Positions 58,711-64,000 of a stretch of 64,000 bases of DNA are shown here, one piece after another. The stretch is from an uncultured Spirochaetota bacterium (lineage in GTDB: Bacteria; Spirochaetota; Spirochaetia; SZUA-6; Fen-1364). A model generated the notes under the pieces. The model did no database searches. It was not told the DNA's origin and worked only from the letters and a program-made list of their open reading frames with translations. The translations under genes were made by a program, and so were the position numbers. Location: contig CAWAHW010000004.1 of assembly GCA_963781885.1 (NCBI GenBank), positions 224,001 to 288,000 of the forward strand, in the 5' to 3' direction. The first letter of the stretch is position 1. Every line of letters starts with the position of its first letter.

Positions 58711-59676
58711 ATGACGAACGCGGGCATCCATCACATCACGGCGCTGGCAAGCGATCCCCAGAGAAACCTCGATTTCTACAGGGGATTCCTCGGGTTGCGC
58801 CTGGTCAAGAAGACGGTCAACTTCGACGCGCCGGACGTTTACCACCTCTACTACGGCGACGAAGCGGGCGCGCCGGGCACCATCATGACATTCTTCCCCT
58901 TTCCCGATGCCGCGAGCGGCAGAAGAGGGGTCGGCGAGATCACAGCGGTAGCTTTTTCCGTCCCGCGCGGCGCGCTCGGTTTCTGGATCGAGCGCCTGTC
59001 ACGGCAGGGCACGGCATTCGACGGACCGCACACGCGTTTCGGGCAGAGCCTGGTCGCCTTCGAAGACCCGGACGGCATGGTGGTGGAGCTCGTCGAGGAT
59101 GCCGATGTTGACGGCATCCCCGGGTGGGAAGGGGGCGCGGTCGATCCTGCCCCTGCGATCAGACGCTTCCACGGCGTCACGTTTCTCCAGCGCGACCTGG
59201 ACCGCACCGGGGCATTTCTCACGGGCGTGATGGGATTCGTGGCGGCAGGCGCTGAGGTCGATCGCTACCGTTTCCTCACTGGTCCCGAGGGAAGCCGCGC
59301 GCATGCCGACGTGCTCGTGGATGCCCACGCGCCGGTCGGGCGCCAATCGGCGGGCTCGGTGCACCACATCGCCTGGCGGGCGAAAGACGACACGGAACAG
59401 CTTTCCTGGCGTGCCGCGCTCATCGCGGCAAGGAGCTCGCCGACGCAGGTCCTCGACCGGAGCTACTTCCATTCGATTTACTTCCGCGAGCCGGGCGGAG
59501 TGCTTTTTGAAATTGCCACGGACCCGCCGGGTTTTGCCACCGATGAGACGATGGATGCGTTGGGAACGCACCTGATGCTGCCGCCGTGGCTGGAGGAGCA
59601 GAGGGCCCGGATCGAAAGGCACCTGCCTCCCCTCATGGTTCCCGCCGCGCAGCGCACGCAGAAGGCCGAGGCATGA
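58711..59676 (+). CDS. VOC-family ring-cleaving dioxygenase (MhqO-like)
   Basis: GIHHITA, GLRLVKKTVNFD, VHHIAWR and DRSYFHSIYFREPGGVLFEIATD motifs. Confidence 0.92.
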   Translation: MTNAGIHHITALASDPQRNLDFYRGFLGLRLVKKTVNFDAPDVYHLYYGDEAGAPGTIMTFFPFPDAASGRRGVGEITAVAFSVPRGALGFWIERLSRQGTAFDGPHTRFGQSLVAFEDPDGMVVELVEDADVDGIPGWEGGAVDPAPAIRRFHGVTFLQRDLDRTGAFLTGVMGFVAAGAEVDRYRFLTGPEGSRAHADVLVDAHAPVGRQSAGSVHHIAWRAKDDTEQLSWRAALIAARSSPTQVLDRSYFHSIYFREPGGVLFEIATDPPGFATDETMDALGTHLMLPPWLEEQRARIERHLPPLMVPAAQRTQKAEA

Positions 59677-60377
59677 ACGCGGTGGGTGCGATGCGGGATC
59701 CGCACGCCGGGCAGCCGGTCCTGTCGTGGGGTGCGCCGCTCGCGGAAGCGAAAGCCGCCATGATCATGGTGCATGGCCGCGGCGCGAGCGCAGAGGACAT
59801 ACTCGGGCTCGCGGAGGAGCTCCCGGCGTCGACAGTGGCCTTCCTCGCGCCGCAGGCGGCCGGCCGCGTCTGGTACCCGCAGAGCTTCCTCTCACCGATC
59901 GAAAGCAATGAGCCAGGGATCACGTCCGGCCTCGCGCTTCTTGCGACCATCGAGGGCCGGGTGCGCGATGCCGGCATTCCCCCGGAAGCGGTCTTCCTCC
60001 TCGGGTTTTCTCAAGGCGCCTGCCTCATCCTGGAATATGCGGCGCGCAATGCCCGCCGATTCGGCGGTGTCTTCGGTCTGAGCGGCGGGCTCATCGGCCC
60101 GGACGGGACGCCGCGCAATTACACCGGCAGCATGGCGGGGACGCCCGTGCTCCTGGGTTGCAGCGACGTCGATCCGCACATCCCGAAGGCCCGCGTTCTC
60201 CTTTCGGCGGAGGTCTTCGAGCGCCTCGGCGCGCACGTCTCCACCCGCCTCTACGCGAATATGGGGCACATGGTGAACGAGGACGAGCTGGAAGCCGTGC
60301 GGACCGTGATGGCACCGGCGCTCGAAGGGACACGCAGGGATGCTGGCCGCGTTGACCCCGCTGCCGGGGGGTGTTAG
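59673..60377 (+). CDS. Phospholipase/carboxylesterase (alpha/beta hydrolase, MhqD-like)
   Basis: VHGRG, GFSQG nucleophile elbow, DPHIP and MGH motifs. ATGA overlap with the dioxygenase. Confidence 0.88.
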   Translation: MNAVGAMRDPHAGQPVLSWGAPLAEAKAAMIMVHGRGASAEDILGLAEELPASTVAFLAPQAAGRVWYPQSFLSPIESNEPGITSGLALLATIEGRVRDAGIPPEAVFLLGFSQGACLILEYAARNARRFGGVFGLSGGLIGPDGTPRNYTGSMAGTPVLLGCSDVDPHIPKARVLLSAEVFERLGAHVSTRLYANMGHMVNEDELEAVRTVMAPALEGTRRDAGRVDPAAGGC

Positions 60378-60400
60378 TATCCTTGCCGAAGGATTTCGCG

Positions 60401-60673
60401 ATGGCGGAAAAGAGGATCAGGCTGCCCTTGGTGAACGTGGTGGAGGCCTCGATCCTGGGCGATATATTGAGCCAGGACGGCGTGCCCCATTTTATCGGCT
60501 CCTATCAGGACCGCGCATATGGCGGACTCTGGCAATTCCAGCAGGGATGGGGCTTCGTCGAGATGCCCAATCGGTTTGCAAGCGGCGTGGAGGCAGTCCT
60601 TCTCCTCATTCGAAGGAGCTCTGAGGATATTGCCATGAGCCTCGAAGACGATCCGCCGGATCCCGCGGAGTAG
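60401..60673 (+). CDS. Small hypothetical protein (DUF2007-like)
   Basis: NVVEASILGDILSQDGVPHFI.SYQDRAYGGLWQ.QQGWG.V pattern. Confidence 0.6.
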   Translation: MAEKRIRLPLVNVVEASILGDILSQDGVPHFIGSYQDRAYGGLWQFQQGWGFVEMPNRFASGVEAVLLLIRRSSEDIAMSLEDDPPDPAE

Positions 60674-60677
60674 GGGG

Positions 60678-61184
60678 TCATTCCCCCTTCAGGATGCGCC
60701 GGATCTGGTTCAGGTGATTGATGTCGTGTCCCGCCATCATCTCGGTGATGCGCGTGACTGTTTCCTTCCCCCGCTCGGAATGCATGCCGTAGTTGTTCCA
60801 CATCTCCCGGGGAATACTCTTCAAGAGATGCAGATTGCGCGCGCGGATCGCTTTCCAGCCTTCCATGGAGAAGGCGGGGTCATGCTTTGCGTAGTCAGAG
60901 TACCGGGCCCAGATGTCCTGGTCGAATCCCTGGATGGCGATGCCGTTCGCGCCGAGGACCAGGCGGAGCCGGTAGCCCTGCACCAGCTCGACGTCGGCCA
61001 GGTGCGCGAGGATCTCCGTCACGGACCAGCTCTCGGGTTTGGGCCTCCTGCCGAGCGTCTTGCGGGGGACGCCCTTGATCAGCGCGGCGACTTTCCGCGG
61101 CGTGGTGGAAAGGACGTCCAGAGGGACCATGCCCTCGATGTACCCGAGGACGCGTTTCGTATATTCCTGTGGGGTTTCCTGCAT
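60678..61184 (-). CDS. DinB-family protein
   Basis: P..WSVTEILAHLAD.E ... AGHDINHL His triad. Confidence 0.9.
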   Translation of the reverse strand: MQETPQEYTKRVLGYIEGMVPLDVLSTTPRKVAALIKGVPRKTLGRRPKPESWSVTEILAHLADVELVQGYRLRLVLGANGIAIQGFDQDIWARYSDYAKHDPAFSMEGWKAIRARNLHLLKSIPREMWNNYGMHSERGKETVTRITEMMAGHDINHLNQIRRILKGE

Positions 61185-61454
61185 GCCTTCAATAAAGCAA
61201 CACCCGCCGGAATGGTCAAGTCGGGTGCGGCATGGCCCAGCAATTCTCAGTATGGTGACTGAATGATGCAGTTCTCATTTTGTCCCATGCTAAAAGGCCG
61301 TTTTCAGGGTGTGCATACCTCTTCCAAAGCTCAGGAAGGTCCAAAATGAGACAATATGAAGTGCCCCCAGGTGGTTGCTACAACGTGGATCGGCCGTATC
61401 ATGAGATTGGCGTCTCGATGCGGCACGCCACAAACAACGCACAAGGGGGCAGTC

Positions 61455-62549
61455 ATGGGTATTGTACATTACGTTGGCATGGACGTCGACAAAGAAAAGA
61501 TCGCCATAGCGATCCTGAGCGGGCGCGATCAGAAGCCGAGGGCCGAGACGGTGATTCGCAATGAAAAGAGCGTAATCCAGGCCTATTTCAAGAAGCTCCA
61601 GTCCGCGGGGGACCTGGTGACATGCTACGAGGCGGGATGTCTAGGGTATTCCCTGTATCGACAATTGACGGAACTGGGTGTGCCGTGTGCGGTGCTGGCT
61701 CCGTCTCAGATTCCACATCGTCCGGGAGATCGCATAAAGACCGATAGAAGGGACGCTGTGATGCTTGCTCGCGCACTTCGGAGCGGGGATGTGAGTGCCG
61801 TTCATGTACCCACGCGGGAAGACGAAGCGGTTCGCGACTATCTACGAATGCTGGAGGACATGAAGTCCGATCTGCGCAAGGCCAAGCAGCGCGTGCTGGG
61901 TTTTCTTCTGCGGAGGCGGATACGTTATGAACAAGGAGCCACATGGACGCAGCCGCATCGAGCATGGTTGCAGGCTCTTGAGTTGGAGGATCCGCTGGAG
62001 CAGTTGACTCTCACCGAGTACCGCTGCCAAGTCGACGAGCTGGAGGAGAAGTGTCGGCGGATCAAGGCGGGCATCGAAGAGATCGCGGCACGTAAAAGCT
62101 ATGCCGAACCTGTAGCCAAGCTGAAGGCGTTCAAGGGCGTGGAGACGCTGATCGCCTTGTCGCTTGTTTCGGAGATCGGGGACTTTCGGCGCTTTGCAGG
62201 TGCGGATCAATTCATGGCGTTTTTGGGGTTGGTGCCCTCCGAGCGATCCAGCGGAAACAAGAGGCGCTTGGGAGGAATCACAAAGGCGGGTAATTCCCAC
62301 CTGCGCAAACTTCTGGTGGAGGCCGCCTGGCAATACCGCAGCTACCATCCCAGTAGCACTCGGTTGATGAAACGACGCGAGGGTCTTTCTCCATCCTTGG
62401 TCAGCTATGCCAACCGTGCGTGCAGGCGGCTAAACAAGAAATTTCTGCGTCTGCTTTTTCGCGGCAAAGCTTCTCAGACCGTGGTGACGGCGGTGGCGCG
62501 AGAGCTCTCGGGGTTCCTGTGGGGCGCGATGGTTGATCGGGTGGCTTGA
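61455..62549 (+). CDS. IS110-family transposase (bridge recombinase)
   Basis: DEDD RuvC motifs (VGMDVDK, YEAG, KTDRRDA), coiled coil, and a Tnp domain with GLVPSERSSG and GGITKAGN. Confidence 0.96.
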   Translation: MGIVHYVGMDVDKEKIAIAILSGRDQKPRAETVIRNEKSVIQAYFKKLQSAGDLVTCYEAGCLGYSLYRQLTELGVPCAVLAPSQIPHRPGDRIKTDRRDAVMLARALRSGDVSAVHVPTREDEAVRDYLRMLEDMKSDLRKAKQRVLGFLLRRRIRYEQGATWTQPHRAWLQALELEDPLEQLTLTEYRCQVDELEEKCRRIKAGIEEIAARKSYAEPVAKLKAFKGVETLIALSLVSEIGDFRRFAGADQFMAFLGLVPSERSSGNKRRLGGITKAGNSHLRKLLVEAAWQYRSYHPSSTRLMKRREGLSPSLVSYANRACRRLNKKFLRLLFRGKASQTVVTAVARELSGFLWGAMVDRVA

Positions 62550-62565
62550 GGAGGCTGCGTATGCA

Positions 62566-62770
62566 ATCGAGGCAACCGGGACGGATGGGGAAGGTTCGTG
62601 GCGAACGGAGAATCCTCGAGCGGTTCTGCAGGCAGACTATGGTCTGATCCTGGTAATGAGACGGAGGCAAGCTCCTGACGATCACATTGGCCTGCGGTAA
62701 CCAATCCACGCATATCAGACTGGTCGATCGTCGGTTATGCCCTTCTCCATCTCTTCGGGTTGGCCTCGAT
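62566..62770 (+). ncRNA. Predicted bridge RNA / seekRNA
   Basis: A closing stem (62566-62594 with 62741-62770) encloses two stem-internal loop-hairpin modules (62607-62675 and 62677-62732) whose loop strands match the target and donor sites. RNA ends are not determined. Confidence 0.8.
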
Positions 62771-62909
62771 GTTCAGAAGGAGTTCTAAAGAAAAAAGGAG
62801 GCTTTTAGAGCTTGACGGGGGCACATCATATCAGAACTGCTGGGCATGGCCGTGCCCGCATCGATCTCAGTATCTTCTGGCTGTCACGCATAAACCGGAG
62901 GTGCCATCC

Positions 62910-63890
62910 ATGAAAACGTACCGCATCGCACAGACGCCGTTCGAAGTCACGCGCATCGCCTATGGCTGCATGGGCATCGGCGGCGGGTGGGACCCGGGAC
63001 CGCTCACCGAGCAGGTCCGCGGCGCCGCCCTTGCAAGCATCAAGGCGGCACTCGACGTCGGCATCAATTTCTTCGATCATGCCGACATCTACAGCCGTGG
63101 CAGAGGTGAAGAGGCATTTTCCGGCATCTGGAAGGAAGTGCCCGGCCTGCGCAGCCGCATCGTCGTCCAGACAAAGTGCGGCATCTGTTTCGAGAATGAC
63201 CCCGCGCACGGCTCCCCCCAGCGTTACGACTTCAGCCAGGAGCATATTCTGGCCTCCGTCGAAGGAAGCCTGCGCCGGCTCCAGACCGACTACATCGACA
63301 TCCTGCTCCTCCATCGCCCGGACGCCCTGGTGGAACCGGACGAGGTGGCGGCAGCATTCGAAAAGCTCTTTGTCGCAGGCAAGGTACGCTACTTCGGCGT
63401 GAGCAACCACTCGGCGTGGCAGATCGAGCTCCTGAAACGCTCCCTCACCCACCCGCTCGTGGTCAACCAGGTGGAGCTGAACGTCGTGCACAACCAGCTC
63501 GTGAACGCCGGTGTGTCGGTCAACCAGGATTCACCGACCCTGCCGACGCACGGAGAGGGAACGCTGGAGTATTGCCGTCTGCACGACATCACCATCCAGG
63601 CGTGGAGCCCCGTCGCGCACGGCAGGATCGCAAAGGCGCTGGCTGGCCAGGGGGATGCACGACTGCGCGGCGCGGGCGAGCTTGCCGCTTCACTGGCGAA
63701 GAAGAAGGGCGTGAGCGTGGACGCGGTTCTGCTCGCGTGGCTCCTGCGTCACCCCGCGGGCATACAACCCGTGCTCGGCACGACGCAGCCGGACCGTATC
63801 CGCGAATCGTGCCGGGCCGACGACGTGGAGCTCACGCGCGAGGAATGGTACGCGCTGCTGAGTGCCGGGCGCGGGTCAAAGGTGGCCTGA
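62910..63890 (+). CDS. Aldo/keto reductase (YdhF-like)
   Basis: GINFFDHADIY, QTKCGI, LLLHRPD and GVSNH motifs. Confidence 0.93.
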   Translation: MKTYRIAQTPFEVTRIAYGCMGIGGGWDPGPLTEQVRGAALASIKAALDVGINFFDHADIYSRGRGEEAFSGIWKEVPGLRSRIVVQTKCGICFENDPAHGSPQRYDFSQEHILASVEGSLRRLQTDYIDILLLHRPDALVEPDEVAAAFEKLFVAGKVRYFGVSNHSAWQIELLKRSLTHPLVVNQVELNVVHNQLVNAGVSVNQDSPTLPTHGEGTLEYCRLHDITIQAWSPVAHGRIAKALAGQGDARLRGAGELAASLAKKKGVSVDAVLLAWLLRHPAGIQPVLGTTQPDRIRESCRADDVELTREEWYALLSAGRGSKVA

Positions 63891-63911
63891 AAGAACCGCC
63901 GAACGGCGGCG

Positions 63912-64000
63912 CTATCCCTTCACCGCGCCGGCCGCGATGCCCTTGATGATGTACTTCTGCAACGCGAGATAGAAGATGATGATAGGCGTGGCCGAAAGGA
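63912..64000 (-). CDS. Carbohydrate ABC permease, C-terminal fragment at the window edge
   Basis: Manual translation: LSATPIIIFYLALQKYIIKGIAAGAVKG*. Confidence 0.85.
   Translation of the reverse strand, partial: LSATPIIIFYLALQKYIIKGIAAGAVKG

Larger units (their letters stand above)
61349..62834 (+). mobile_element. IS110-family, IS1111-type insertion sequence (about 1.49 kb)
   Basis: Sub-terminal IRs ATATGAAGTGCCCCC (61354-61368) and GGGGGCACATCATAT (62817-62831), 14/15 match. Dinucleotide core AG at both ends. Long 3' non-coding end. Confidence 0.88.
61238..62842. mobile_element. 121-bp MITE or IS remnant (TIRs CAGCAATTCTCA / TGAGAACTGCTG) interrupted by the IS110 element
   Basis: 9-bp direct repeat GGCATGGCC at 61229-61237 and 62843-62851. 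The right TIR reappears when the IS110 element is removed (61347-61350 joined to 62835-62842). Confidence 0.8.

Noticed and set aside
61229-62851. Treating GGCATGGCC as a target-site duplication made by the IS110 element
   Set aside because: IS110/IS1111 elements do not create such TSDs. The repeat flanks the outer CAG...CTG TIRs, 111 bp away from the IS left end.
1-64000. tRNA/rRNA genes, integrase or prophage genes
   Set aside because: No cloverleaf or T-loop consensus, rRNA-like tract, tyrosine or serine integrase, or phage structural gene was recognised by eye.

Overview
GC-rich bacterial DNA, probably Spirochaetia-like (inferred from gene content). About 65 protein genes, mostly accessory or metabolic; no rRNA, tRNA or CRISPR array is visible. 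From left to right: a TPR-like gene plus a TPR-CHAT caspase-like protease, trxA, a hybrid kinase and an ABC-2 exporter; a small defence patch (vapBC, SRA-like/HNH nuclease, phd plus a relE with no canonical start codon); an MFS-SnoaL fusion under TetR control; three modular secreted beta-propeller genes; a membrane-anchored sialidase; a divergent arsenic cluster (arsR-arsM-acr3-arsC versus marR-arsD-like-arsA-flavin reductase); a two-component system with a sugar ABC transporter; WYL/GyrI/AlkZ genes; typA; a fused XdhAB with xdhC; pgi; an acyl-CoA ligase; and an mhqO/D-like pair. The strongest signal is at 61229-62851. An IS110-family (IS1111-type) bridge-recombinase element sits inside the right terminal inverted repeat of a 121-bp MITE that has a 9-bp target-site duplication. 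The element's 3' non-coding end folds into a bridge RNA whose guide loops match the reconstructed target (the MITE end) and the circle-junction donor. Seven genes are broken by nine frameshifts, all net +1, which points to sequencing error rather than true pseudogenes.
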